Shown: positions 1 to 12,877, counted from the stretch's first letter. The stretch: DNA of 64,000 nt from Octopus vulgaris (GCA_951406725.2 OX597831.1:38316001-38380000), one strand, 5' to 3'. The notes: generated by a model from the letters alone, not told the origin. Program-made: numbers and translations.

Positions 1-242
1 CATACAAGCTAAATATCATTGAACAAAATTCAGTTTACTCTAGAATGTTGTAACGTTACAGAGAGTATATAAAGTCAAGATGAATCGAAACGGGCCATAG
101 TTCCATGTCGGCTTTCAAAACAGAAACTTCTAAGTCACTTGTTAAAGAATAATGAATTTGTTATCCACCGAATTTATTGAGTAATGCTTGAATTTAATGT
201 AATATTGTTTGTATTAAAACATAATACAAATATCAATATATA

Positions 243-642
243 ATTCTACTATATGGCTCAGAAACCTGGACGTTATCAAAGAAGCTTGAGAGGCGGTTGG
301 ATGGAACCTACAATCGCCTCCTTATGAGAGCTCAAAATCTCTCGTGGAGGCGCCATCCAACCAAAATGCAAATATATGGTAGACTGTGTCATCTCTTGTG
401 AAGGGTAGGAGAGTCCAGTTTGCTGGACATTGTTGTAGAGCTGAAAAAGAAGTAATTTCTACTCTTCTCCTCTGGAAGCCATCTACTCGCAATACCAGAG
501 GGCGCACCTCTCCTACCCTGATGTAGTCTCCAGGGATACAGGCATCCAGCAACAGGACCTCCGTATTGCTATGATGGACTGTGAAGTCTGGCGTAACATA
601 GTAAATTCCATTGTCTCGACCACGATCGAACAATGATGATGA
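243..642 (+). mobile_element. 5'-truncated RTE-clade LINE 3' end (RT C-terminal region plus (GAT)n tail)
   Basis: Manual translation from 243: ILLYGSETWTLSKKLERRLDGTYNRLLMRAQNLSWRRHPTKMQIYGRL, then a frameshifted RRVQFAGHCCRAEKE...LLLWKP segment. LLYGxETW and FxGH are typical RTE post-RT motifs. Ends in caatgatgatga. Near-identical to 36611-36860. Confidence 0.88.
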
Positions 643-1611
643 ATGATGTGTGTGTGTCCAGGTCCATGCGTGTTTATGTGTGTATGAATGTACGTACGGT
701 ATTGTGTATACTTGTGTTTCTGTGTAGGCTTGCGAGTATATAAATACGTAACCAATTTTCTTTATATGCACTGATAACATATTTATGAGTGTATGATTTA
801 GTTATCTTTGCACAGTGATGTGATAGTGCTTGTCTGTTGTATTGACATGTCTCGGAAAGGCGTTTTGGCTTCGACAAACGTTAAGTTGATGTGTCTCATC
901 TCATCCTCCGTCTTTAGAACAGTTCAACGTTTTATATTCATTAAAAATGTAGATTTCTGTCTTCGTTGTATACTACGCATCTGTGATGGCTTCCGAAGCA
1001 AAAACAAAATATACATACAACGTGTTTAATGCATCGCAGTTTGAGCTTTAAAACATGTACAACAACTAATTCAAACTAGAAGCCTTAATGTAAATTATGT
1101 ATGTTATGTTAGTAAATCATGCAGACCAGTGTCATACGGTATGCACATAAACGTCATCGTACAGCTAAGTCTAAGTTTGATTTAAACAGAGAGTGAATAA
1201 AAGCTCTTCTCACGGCCAGGAAAAATGAGCGAGACTTATCTTCTCATGATCGATCAAAGAAATATTGTGTCACCTCAGAACGACCTCTTGCATTGTTCTG
1301 TATTCAAAAACAATGATAAAGTGTATTTAGAGCTGTCTACATTTTGATGGCAAACGCAGTAATGGAATATCTTGTTAGATTAATTTAAAATTTATCTTCG
1401 CACCCTGATTTTCCACTTTGTTGAACTTCAATATTGTCTTTCTTTCATCTCATCCCCCAGCAATCACTCAGTGCGAAAATTTGTTCATATATTACAAATA
1501 AGTTTAGAACAGTGTTTGATGTAAGAAGTAGTATTTTAATTTAACTATCTAGATGTATTCTTATGCTACGTATATATATATATATATATAATGAAGGTTA
1601 TTATCATTAAC

Positions 1612-1614
<3 letters not shown>

Positions 1615-1691
<77 letters not shown>
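1615..1691. repeat. (TAA)n microsatellite on the 5' flank of the Dong/R4 fragment
   Basis: Directly visible. Confidence 0.95.
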
Positions 1692-1695
<4 letters not shown>

Positions 1696-2167
1696 GAGCT
1701 GGCCCAAAATACCGATTCTCTAACGAGGATATTGAAAGTATAGACCACCTAATCTCAGGGTGTAGAGTCTTAGCACCTGAAGAATATAATGCAAGACATG
1801 ACAGAGTCGGCCAGTATTTACACTGGACAATATTTCGGCATTATAAAATCAAAAAAGCTGACAAATGGTGTAAACACCATCCTGAAGCTGTGACTGAGTG
1901 AGAGAATGTGTCGATTTTCTGGGACTTCTCCGTACATACTGGCAAAATTATAAAAGCTAATAAACCGGATATTATTACAAAAGATCAGACAAAAATGTTG
2001 TGTTTATTAATTGACATGATATTCATTTATTTATTTATTTATTTATTTATTTTAAATATATATATTATCTGTGAATTTGCGTGTGTAATCTGGGAATTGT
2101 ATACAATGAGCTTCTCTGCCCTAGGTGTACGGAAAACACCCGGCGAGAATGGAAGTAAAAAAAACAC
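1692..2167 (+). mobile_element. R4/Dong-clade non-LTR retrotransposon 3' fragment (degenerate CCHC knuckle, restriction-like endonuclease, 3' end)
   Basis: Frame from 1692 reads NRAGPKYRFSNEDIESIDHLISGCRVLAPEEYNARHDRVGQYLHWTIFRHYKIKKADKWCKHHPEAVTE*ENVSIFWDFSVHTGKIIKANKPDIITKDQTKMLCLLIDM. It has ES(I)xH(L)ISGC, RHD, WD and KPDI...ID motifs of RLE LINEs, and (TAA)n on both sides. Confidence 0.85.
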
Positions 2168-2214
<47 letters not shown>

Positions 2215-2290
2215 TAGAATTGGACAGTTAGGAAAAGCAAACAAAAGGCAAATATATAAATAATAGTACCAGATATATATATATATATAT

Positions 2291-2553
2291 TCTTTTATTC
2301 TTTTACTTATTTCAGCCATTTGACTTTGGCCATTTTGAAGCATGCTTTAGAGGGTTTCTTAATCGAAGAAGTCGTCTCCAGGGCTAAGACTTTGTGAGCC
2401 TAGTACTTACTCTATCCGTCTCTTTTGGAAAACCACTAGCTTACGGGGACGTAAACACACCAGCATCGGTTGTCAAGCGCATGCATGTATGTATGTGTGT
2501 ATAAATGTGACGGAGGACTTTCAGTTTCCGCCAAACAAATCCGCTCATAAGGC
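2291..2553 (-). mobile_element. SINE family A copy (3' half plus part of the 5' half)
   Basis: Reverse complement matches the family A body (acgtccccgtaa...aatggctgaaataagtaaaag) seen at 34919-35338. Confidence 0.8.
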
Positions 2554-2571
2554 GATGTATATGTATGTATG

Positions 2572-2646
<75 letters not shown>

Positions 2647-2675
2647 GTATATATATATGTATGTATATATATATG

Positions 2676-2723
<48 letters not shown>

Positions 2724-2768
2724 ATGCATATATGTATCTATATACATATTTATATATATTTATATATA

Positions 2769-2938
2769 AGCGCAGGAGTGGCTGTGTGGTAAGTAACTTG
2801 TTTGCCAACCACATAGTTCCAGGTTCAGTCCCACTGCGTGGCACTTTGATATCTTGGGTAGGTGTCTGCTACTATAGCCTCAATCCGACCAAAGCCTTGT
2901 GAGTGGATTCGGTAGGCGGAAACTCAAAGAAGCTTGTC

Positions 2939-2940
<2 letters not shown>
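2769..2940 (+). mobile_element. SINE family A 5' half (tRNA-like head plus CORE-like domain)
   Basis: A-box-like gtggctgtgtggtaag, B-box-like ggttcagtccc, cttggg...gtgtct, then gccttgtgagtggatt; runs into (TA)n. Confidence 0.85.
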
Positions 2941-2985
<45 letters not shown>

Positions 2986-2988
<3 letters not shown>

Positions 2989-3105
2989 CACGTGATCACG
3001 TGACCAACCAGACCATCAGATGTTGCTACACATCGCTGGTCACAATGCGTTCGCATTGTTTTAGCCTTCGAGCGACGCCACCCTGCTGGCTAAGCGAGCG
3101 GGCCA
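2986..3105 (-). mobile_element. Probable SINE 3' tail fragment inserted in (TA)n
   Basis: GC-richer 120-bp island in a TA tract, with tandem cacgtgatcacgtga at one end. It resembles an octopus SINE tail from memory; not verifiable inside the window. Confidence 0.45.
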
Positions 3106-3119
3106 TATATATATATATA

Positions 3120-3172
<53 letters not shown>

Positions 3173-4088
3173 TATATATATATATATATATGATATAAAT
3201 TCATAAATGAGGGTGAAAAAATTAGATATTAATTTAATAATACCGTGAGTTTATACCAGAATAAGGAGCTATTTCTAGCACTAGAGTTAGCCACTTAACG
3301 TTAATTCTCTTATATATATATATATATATATACTGTTATGTTTTTGCCTGCCGCTCATTACGTAACCCAAATTACGATGCTCAATCCTTAATACTCGTAC
3401 GTAGTATGAAACTCCGAGTTGCCTGGAGTGAATTATCGGCAACGAAACAATAAAATATAGTTCACTACATCTATGAAACAGTTGATTTCTGTTGATTTAC
3501 CAAAACATATACATATGTCACAATAAGTTGGAAAACATTTCAAAAACAAGGATAGCAATAACTGACATACCTTAAACTCTGCAGTATTCCAGTATGTCTT
3601 TTCTTGTAAATACAATACGCCTTTGATCCTAGGAAAACCAGCTATTAATCCTAGCAAATCTAGCAACTACAAAGAAGCTCCGTGTCATGAGTTTTGTTAC
3701 TTATTTTATAGGAGGGAAAGAAAAGTAAATCGGTAGAAAGATTTGAACACCCGGTCTAGATATGTAAAATCTACAGGTATGAACTTCCGGCCTCCCTATT
3801 TGACCAGCTAAAGAATTGTTGGAATAAAGTTGAATGGCGCTCCTACATGCTGCAAAACAATATTCCCTCAAGTTTACTCAAATACTTAGCATCTGTCAGA
3901 AGCTACTTAGATGAAATTTAAATAATAGTGTGAACTGAATCAACCAAACATCCACCGACCACCCACATAGACATGCACACCATATACAGACACTCAAAAA
4001 CACACACGCACATACGCATATCTATGTGTGTGTATGTGTGTGTATGTATGTATATATATATATGTGTGTGTATGTGTGTGTATGTATG

Positions 4089-4141
<53 letters not shown>

Positions 4142-4144
4142 ATG

Positions 4145-4202
<58 letters not shown>

Positions 4203-4490
4203 TGTACATATGTACATATATGTATATATATATACGTACAATTATCTCTCCCTTTATGCATATCAGAAAATTATAACTAGTGCATGTAAATATATCCATG
4301 TGTACACACACACATACGTACACGCACACGCACATAGATATATGAGGGAAAATTAGTATAGGTAGAAATACCTTAAATGATTATTGTTGTTCGGCGAAAA
4401 TTTCCCGTTAATGCTCTGGGTTGTTCTCGTAACTCCTTAATAATCATATTCACAAACGGGTATCTAGCAGCGAAGGACGAATCAAGCAAT

Positions 4491-4519
4491 TGATAGATAT
4501 ATATATAGATAGATAGATA

Positions 4520-4583
<64 letters not shown>

Positions 4584-4796
4584 GACAGACAGACAGAATG
4601 GATGGGCGGACAGAGACAGACATAGCTACATAGCTGCATAGATAGATAGATTAGATAGATAAATAGAGAGAGAGAGAGAGAAAAAGAGAGAGAGAGAGCG
4701 AGAGAGATAAACAGACAGACGGACGAATGAAAGCACAGACAGAGAGATACAGAGAAACAGATGGATGGGCGGATAGAGACAGACACAGATAGATTT

Positions 4797-4885
<89 letters not shown>

Positions 4886-4978
4886 CGGAAGAATGCAATG
4901 ACGGACAGACAGATAGATGGACAGAGAGAGAGAGATAAACAGACGGACGGACGAATGCAAGCAGAGACAGAGATAGAT

Positions 4979-5014
<36 letters not shown>

Positions 5015-5015
5015 G

Positions 5016-5049
<34 letters not shown>

Positions 5050-5050
5050 G
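4491..5050. repeat. Compound (GATA)n/(GACA)n/(GA)n microsatellite with internal block duplications
   Basis: Directly visible. The block agagagataaacagac..gacggacgaatg.aagca.agacagaga occurs near 4700 and near 4930. Confidence 0.9.
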
Positions 5051-5734
5051 GAATAATGAGAGAATGGTGGATGGATGATTAAGGGGATGGATTGATTGTA
5101 CGTCACGGGTTAAGGAAAGGAAATGTTCCTAGATCATGTGAAAGTGATATAAATCAAGCTAAATTTCAAATTGGGAAAGTCGAAGAATTCCATGACAAAT
5201 GAAACTATTCAATGCGTATTGTTCACTGGAAATTCAGACATAGGAATAAACACAGAAAGTCTACGAGCACACATGCAATTCTACTTATTTTTATCCACAC
5301 ATGCAATCGATTCGTATTATTTGCGTGTGTGTGTTTGTGTGGGTGTGTGAGTGCATGCATTGTGTGCACGCAGGTGTGTGTACATATGCGAAGTGCGTGT
5401 GTGGGGGTGAATTTGTTTAAGTGTTAAGGTTTGCGTGCGATGAACCCAAGAGTGGTAATATCTAAAGGATCTCTTGTTTTCGGGACATGTTTTTATTTGG
5501 GAAATTGAACATTGGTACATAGGCACATGTAGGGCACAGGGGATAGGAAGTTCGATCGTAATCGTATTACTCCACGTTCGAATGCAAACCGAGTCAAATT
5601 CATCACATGTCATGGATTGGAGGAGTGCTAACAATCAGATGGCCAAAAATCAGAAAAATTATCCTTGCAAAATTTTATGCACTTTCTTCGCATGTGCACC
5701 AAGCTAGTGGTAACTAGCTTTAACATCATAGAGC

Positions 5735-6045
5735 TAAAGATGGTATGTAGCTTTCTAAAGAACCACATGCTTCCGGGTTCAGTCCCGGACAGACCAAAGA
5801 CTTGTGAGTAGATTTGGTAGATGGAAACTGAAAGAAGCCCGTCGTATATATGTATATGTATATATGTATGTGTGTGTATGTTTGTGTGTCTGTGTTTGTC
5901 TCCCCAACATCGCCTGACAACCGATGCTAGTGTGTTTACGTCCCCCGTAACTTAGCGGTTCGGCAAAAGTCCTGAGGTCGATTTTCTCGACTAAAGGCGG
6001 TGCTCCAGCATGGACACAGTCAAATGACTGAAACAAGTAAAAGTG
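5735..6045 (+). mobile_element. SINE family A copy with internal deletions
   Basis: ttccgggttcagtccc ... gatttggtagatggaaactgaaagaagcccgtcg ... ctaaaggcggtgctccagcatgg ... aaatgactgaaacaagtaaaag. Confidence 0.85.
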
Positions 6046-6387
6046 TAAGTGTACTTTGTTAAAGAGCAGCAGAAATATCGCACAGTCTGTTACTCAGAGT
6101 TTCACGTTACCGTTCGTCGGACGATATTGTTTAGAATGGAGCAAGATAAGGTTATATGTAGATATACAATTACTTTGACACATTTGAAAATTGTTTTGTT
6201 TCATTGGTCCTTTCAACTATTGGTCTTTTCAATAATCAATTTTTTTCACATTTATGCGCTTACTCTGGTATATATAATATATGTGTGTGTTTGCGTGTGT
6301 GTATAGTTGAAATTTACACGTGTATGAACAAGAAGCTGGTGTATTAATTTGACGCTTGGGAATGTGAGAAAGTCTTTTACGTTTCGA

Positions 6388-6880
<493 letters not shown>

Positions 6881-7289
6881 TTTATATATATCTGTGTGTG
6901 CGTGTGTGTGTATTTGTGTGAATGTGTACATATATATTATGATTAAACTACGTGACAGTGACTAAACTTGCATATTTAATTAACATATCATCCAACAACC
7001 ATTATCATTTATTCAATTGTTTATTAGGCTTCAACAAAACAAATTAGGAAATTATTCAGATAGAGAATTAGCAATATCGATTATGAAAATAATATTTAAA
7101 AAATAAGCACATAATGTGTAGGAGGATACAGTGAATTATATTCATGCATGAATTGACTTTTCTATGAATTTTATAATTACACCGGAAGTATGAAGGGCAA
7201 AACTGACTTCGGCATGAAAGATCAACAGAGAAAAAGCAGGAGCGAGAGAGAGAGAGAGAGAGAGAAGAGCGTTTGTGTGTGCGCGAGAG

Positions 7290-7514
7290 AGATGTTTGGC
7301 CGAGCGTATAAATGAACGTTATAGGGAGTACGGGGATCAAAGACAAGGCTTGATATTCTACCAGCATGCCAAAGAACAAAATGATGGTGAGCTCAACCGG
7401 ATTAGCTTACAAATCCTGTCTAGGCACCCGGACGACACATCTCTACGACAGATACGAGAGTCAGTCTTTATAAACGAAACACGACTGGTTTTGAATAGTA
7501 AACACTGCCAATAG
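7290..7514 (+). mobile_element. Penelope-like element GIY-YIG endonuclease C-terminal remnant
   Basis: ORF 7275-7514 gives LAERINERYREY...FYQHAKEQNDG...QILSRHPDDTSLRQIRESVFINETRLVLNSK, matching the R..EH...H...RQIxExxxI...LNxK pattern of PLE endonucleases. Confidence 0.65.
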
Positions 7515-8259
7515 GCAGAGGCCTTACAAAGCTCCATGGACGCACACACACACACGAACGGACATACACACCCACACATACACACACGCATGCAAAAACA
7601 AACTACGACATAGACATGCCCTCACGCCCACACGGACACACATACAAACTCATACGCACACACACGGAATCATGCATACAGAAGTACACACGTACACACA
7701 AACACGAAGGAACTCACGCACATACGAACGCACACACATGCTCAAGGACACATATTCACGGACCAACACGCCTGAAGACACACTGACACACAGAGACGTA
7801 CTCACACACACACGGACACGCAAACACAGACACACACACTCGTACACACTTGCCCTCCCATACATACGCGGACACACGCGCACGCATACGCATGTTCATA
7901 AGCCAGCACAGATAGACATCAATTTATTCAACAATAATCAAAGAAAGAAGAGGGTTTAACTGTCTTTGAGTGAAGCGTCATATGATGAACGGGTGTGTTT
8001 GCGAAAAAAAACAAAGAGAAAACCAAAACCGCTCTCTTGTGTATATGAAAAGGACATGTCAGTATTTAAAATACACACACACTCTCACATACGGATGCAC
8101 ACTCTTACGTATAAACACACATACATACATAAACACACTCACATACTCATCTCGGACAAATCCCAACACTGGAACCTAAGTTCAAAAGGAATAGAAGCTG
8201 AGAGACGTGTTACCGAAGAGATTGCAATAATGCGATGAAATATATATTTGACAAAAATA

Positions 8260-9204
8260 TATATAATAACAACACGAACAATACTGAACAATAAAAATGA
8301 AGGACCGAACCAGTGCGTGTGTTTATTATTACCTGCATAATGCCCCTTCCAAGGTTCAATAGTATCAAGTGCCAACAATACAAGGGAGGAGGTAGCTTGT
8401 TCTTTCAAGGTATATAATAACTGTCCAGTAGGAGACCGATGGGAGGCTGAAGGGGCCATATATGAGGCTACGTTGATACCTAGACCTAATATACGTAATA
8501 AGAGTAATGTAATATCGAACAGCAATATTATTAGTAGTTTAACCAGTTCTCACGCCAATACAGACGCCACGCTCAGGGATAATAACCCAGCCGGGACCGC
8601 GTCACAGAAGGCGTCATCGAAAATCCCGATACCACCGCCATGGGCAATGAAGAAAGCATAGCTGCAGATACAGTGAGCAGTACAAACGATGCACAGAGAA
8701 ATAATGACCTATCCAGAACCAACGACTTGGAGAAGGTATGTACCGTTCCAAATTCCACCACCTCAGATGAGAACCAAACATTCATCTTCGACAATGGTGG
8801 GATGACAAGCCCCTCGCGATATGTTACCAGGAGTGTGAATAAGGCCACATCCCATGTTTATAAATATACTGGCTCGGCAAGTACTTCGTTCAAGAAACGT
8901 TTTCTGAACCAGCACTCGTTCTTCAGAGTCGCAGAAAGATGGTTTGTCACGTCCCTAGCTCGCTATGTATGGCACCTTAAAGACCAAGGCATTCCGTGTG
9001 ATGTCAAGGGGAAAATTAGTTGATTTTCGGGGCCCGTATATTAATGGAAGTGGCCGTTGCAAGATCTGTATCGCTGAGAGAGTCAAAGTTCTTAAGAATT
9101 TTAATAAGCCTGGCACATTAAACAGCCGTAAAGAAGTTTTTTCTAAATGTATCCACTTCAAGCGCTACTTACTAGAAAATCGGATCTCCCCGTTTCATCA
9201 CTAG
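8260..9204 (+). mobile_element. Penelope-like element (Naiad-like) zinc finger plus GIY-YIG endonuclease, pseudogenised
   Basis: ILNNKNEGPNQCVCLLLPA*CPFQG ... ACSFKVYNNCPVGDRWEAEGAIYEATL ... YKYTGSASTSFKKRFLNQHSFF...TSLARYVWHLKDQGI ... PYINGSGRCKICIAERVKVL...LNSRKEVFSKCIHFKRYLLEN. Two frameshifts (~8640, ~9010) and one stop. The CxC..CP linker and C-terminal CxxC...CxH are Naiad-type features. Confidence 0.85.
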
Positions 9205-9265
9205 GCTTTCCGAGTATATAAGGCTTTTTTACCTCTCTACTCACTACCGATTTTTCGCATTCCTT

Positions 9266-9327
9266 GAGTTCTGAGTGACAGCGTAGATATTTTAAAATTT
9301 TGTGGGTACGAAACCTTGGGTAACTCT
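9266..9327 (+). ncRNA. Degenerate hammerhead ribozyme motif in the PLE 3' pLTR
   Basis: gagtt-CTGAgTGA-(weak stem II)-GAAA-ccttgg-GTA-actc, about 60 nt after the endonuclease stop codon. Has a 1-nt core insertion and a poor stem II. Confidence 0.5.
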
Positions 9328-9354
9328 ACATTATATGTTGGTGTATATACATAC

Positions 9355-9399
<45 letters not shown>

Positions 9400-9402
<3 letters not shown>

Positions 9403-10585
9403 GGAAAATAAGACAAGGTAGAAAATGCTAAAATAGTTTTATCATGAAGAATATTTTAGTACCGGTTTCAACCTTTCCGACTTAAATGAAATGTTTTAAA
9501 TATTTCCAGGGTTTTCAAATACAAGGGATATTTTCCTTTTTTCTCTCAGTTTGTCTTCCTCTCTCTCTCTCCTTCTTTTTCTTTTGTGAAGGCTCGGTAC
9601 TAGGGACCAGCAGTCCGAAAAGAATATTTGATATGAGTTCTGGTTTTGATTGTTTAAGCAGTAGTAGTAGCCGAGGAAGGAGGTGGCGAAGAAGAAGAAG
9701 AGGGAATAAGAAAAGAAGAGAAAGTATAATAAAAATACAGTGGTATGACAGTAGTAGTAGTGAGCTAAAAGTGACTGGTTGTAGTTGTAATAGTAGTGAC
9801 TGGAATTGTTCTGCATAAATTCATAGGTTGTGTCTGTTCTGAATATATCGTTTTTAATATTTGCGTGGGTATTATTCTTAGGCCCTTGTAGTAGTGTAAT
9901 TTGTGGTGGACGCATTCAAAAGGGGTTTATATTTTGTGAAAACATATGACTCTTCGCTAATGCGTTGACTACAGGTTGCATCCTTCCTGAATTTATAGAG
10001 GGGAAAATTCTAAAGCAGGGTTGTTCGTTGGTGGTGCAAATGTCGATGTGTTTGCTGAATGTTATTTTTCTGTATTCCTGAATTTTTACCTGTGATCTAT
10101 GTAGAGCCATTCTTTGACGTAGACTGTTTTTGGTTTGGCACCATGTATTGCTCTCGACACCTTGGGCAAGTGGATACTTATATTTTCACTGTAAAAACGT
10201 TGACCCTGTTTGGAAGGGAACTCCGATTCCTCAATTAGTTTGGTCTTGTTTTAGTGACGTCTTCCGTGTTGTTGTCGACTGTACTTGCGCTTGGGTTAGA
10301 AGATTTTAATCTATTTGAGTTCTCTTTTGCTCTTTATGATGCTGTGCGTTTGGAGGATTAAATTCATTCTGTGGTCACTTTTCAGTAGGGGGGTGTTCTG
10401 GAGGATGGTATCGAAGGCTTCATTGTTAAGGGAGTGGATAATAGAGATGTATGGTAAGACTTTTTTTGGTTGGAAATCCTTCTTTAGTTTGGGATGTCTG
10501 AGTTCGTGGATGTTGAGTTTTGGGGCACGTTGAAAGCCTATATCAATTAGTGATGGTGGGTAGTTCCTGGCAATGAGGCTGTATG
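9400..10585 (-). mobile_element. Second Penelope-like element (Neptune/Poseidon-like): RT thumb/linker, GIY-YIG and 3' terminal region, tail-to-tail with the first
   Basis: Minus strand reads SLIARNYPPSLIDIGFQRAPKLNIHELRHPK...VLPYISII...NTPLLKSDHRMNLILQTHSIIKSKR, then a CxxC..QY segment and SLRQRMALHRSQVKIQEYRKITFSKHIDIC...FRIFP. The 3' end contains gaaaccggta and abuts (TA)n. Confidence 0.8.
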
Positions 10586-10764
10586 TGTGCCTGTGTTAAA
10601 GTGTGTATGTATATATTTAAATGCTCTTGTAAAAATTTCTTGATACAGTTACAATAATTAGGAAAAGATATTTTTTAACGTTACTTATTTATAATACAAA
10701 CAGTCGTTTATTTAACAGAATCTCACTAACTTCTTGTAGCAGAGATTTGTGTATAGTATTTTAG

Positions 10765-11090
10765 TCTAGTGCGTATGTTAAGTGTATGCATGAAGGTTTT
10801 GAGGGAGTCCAGGAAGAGATTTCGTCGCAACACGCCAGACCACCAGCATCAAGATAGTGCTCTAATCCACAATCCCATCCTTGTAGTCAACTGCTTGATA
10901 GACATGGGCTTCAGAACTGTCGATCACTCTCTGTACAGACTAGACTTTTGGTCCCTGTGATCACCGAGCGGGAGGAAGAGATAAGAGAGGCTATATTATG
11001 GGTCCTGGACGCCTTTAATGTGGAGGAATTCTTTGGATTTCTACAAGAGTATTGAAGACAAGTGAACCTATTTTGAAAGTAGTTAGTTTT
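10765..11090 (+). mobile_element. Mariner (DD34D) transposase C-terminal remnant
   Basis: ORF 10769-10960: VLRESRKRFRR...HQDSALIHNPILVVNCLIDMGFRTVDHSLYRLDFWS, a decayed HQDNAPxH...HPPYSPDLAP. Confidence 0.75.
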
Positions 11091-11571
11091 GTACTTCTTC
11101 GAAACGAATGAATATCTCTCCTAAAAATGTAACAAAACTTCTAGAATGCACCTTGTATGTCAAATAATTGTTTTCTATAGCAAAAAGCTATACTTTCTAA
11201 TATTAGAAAAAACGTTTCTTTATTTTTTCTATATCAGATCATAATCATGAAGTATTTTCCAAGAAATTCGGTATACAGACATCAAGAAGAATTACTTTTA
11301 AACAAATCCTAACCACATAGATGTCACAATTAACAATGAAATTGGCAGATGAATTTTAGAATATGCTATTTTAAAATACTTTGACAGTTCCAATTTCACA
11401 GTTCATAACATTGAAATATATTATTCAATGCCCATGTTTGATTTATGTTAGGGTTCAAAAACAAACGTATTTTAAACGAAGCTAAGCATTTCAACTTTAG
11501 ATGATATTCATTTCAGCTTACGCTTCATTTAACTCCAAATCCGATATTCTGTTCGTTTTTCATGTTCCCGT

Positions 11572-11634
11572 CTGCTGCTGCTGCTTCTTCTTCTTCTTCT
11601 TCTTCTTCTTCTTCTTCTTCTTCTTCTTCTTCTT

Positions 11635-11731
<97 letters not shown>

Positions 11732-12334
11732 TCCTTCTTCTTCTTCTTCTTCTTCTCCTCCGCCTTCTTCTTATTATTATTCTTATTCTTATTATCCTTC
11801 TCCTTTTTCTTCTTCTTCTTCTACTTCTTCTTCTTCTTCTTCTTCTTCTCCTTCTCCTTCTTCTTCTTCTTCTTCTTATTCTCCTTCTTATTCTTCTCTC
11901 TTCTCCTCCTTCTTCTTCTTCTACTACTACTACCACTACTACTACTACTACATTATTCTCCTTCTCCTTCTTCTTTTTCTTCTTCTTATGTTTCTTCTTC
12001 TACAACTTCTTTTTTCTTCTTCTTCCTCTCCTTCTTCTCTCTTCTTCTTCTCCTTTTTCTTCTTCTTTTCCTTTCTCTTCTTCTTCTTCTCCTTCTTCTT
12101 CTTCTTCTTCTTCTTCTTCCTCCACTTCTTCTTTCTCCTTCTTCTCCTCCTCCCTCCTCATTCTTCTTCTTCTTTTTCTTGCTCATCAAAATCATCATAA
12201 GCACCATATGAACCATCAATTTCTTCTTTCTCTCATTCTTTTTCCATCATTCTCTCTCTATGTAGGCGTACCTACTTGCATACAGACATTGAGACTACTA
12301 CTACCAGTATCAGTAATAGTATTATTATTATTAT

Positions 12335-12369
<35 letters not shown>

Positions 12370-12448
12370 TCATTAATAACAATAACAACAAAAAAAGAAG
12401 AAGAAAAAGAAGAAAAAGAAGAAGAAGAAGAAGAAGAAGAAGAAGAAG

Positions 12449-12480
<32 letters not shown>
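11572..12480. repeat. Long compound trinucleotide array: (CTG)(CTT)(ATT)(CTA)...(GTA)(GAA)
   Basis: Directly visible; source of the poly-F/L/R/S ORFs. Confidence 0.95.
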
Positions 12481-12843
12481 GAGCTTTCACTGTTATTGAA
12501 ATTATTATTCTAATCGTTATTTATTACTGTTATTCATTTGTTTCTCTCCACTATTCAAATTCTTCAATTTTATTCCTAATTTAAACATTCCACAAACAAG
12601 GGAACATTGTTTGATAAGGTGACACTGCAACGTTGCGTTGAGCCATTAAAATCGACATTTTTATTTAATCTTGTTATTGGTAAAATGTCAATATCATTGA
12701 CATTGTTATTCATCAACCAAATCAGATTCTCATCTTCCTTTATAGGTTTTCAATTGAATTAGATGGATTTGTAAACGGATCTATTCTCCATTTTCCATAT
12801 CTCTCATCCCCTTCTTCTCTTTCTCTCTCTCTCTCTCGCTCTT

Positions 12844-12877
<34 letters not shown>

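Noticed and set aside
322-780. 152-aa minus-strand ORF and the similar 36601-37140 ORF
   Set aside because: Antisense reading of the RTE 3' end plus microsatellite.
3400-3430. GAAACTCCGAGTT, resembling a stem III half
   Set aside because: No upstream CUGANGA core found.
7978-8010. atgatgaacgg...gcgaaa downstream of the first PLE remnant
   Set aside because: Core C3 is missing and no stems pair; too degenerate to call.
9455-9520. Minus-strand TTGAAAA...GAAACCGGTA, a possible U3-A8 hammerhead
   Set aside because: Stem III palindrome and GUA are present but stems I and II do not pair convincingly; kept only as a weak candidate.
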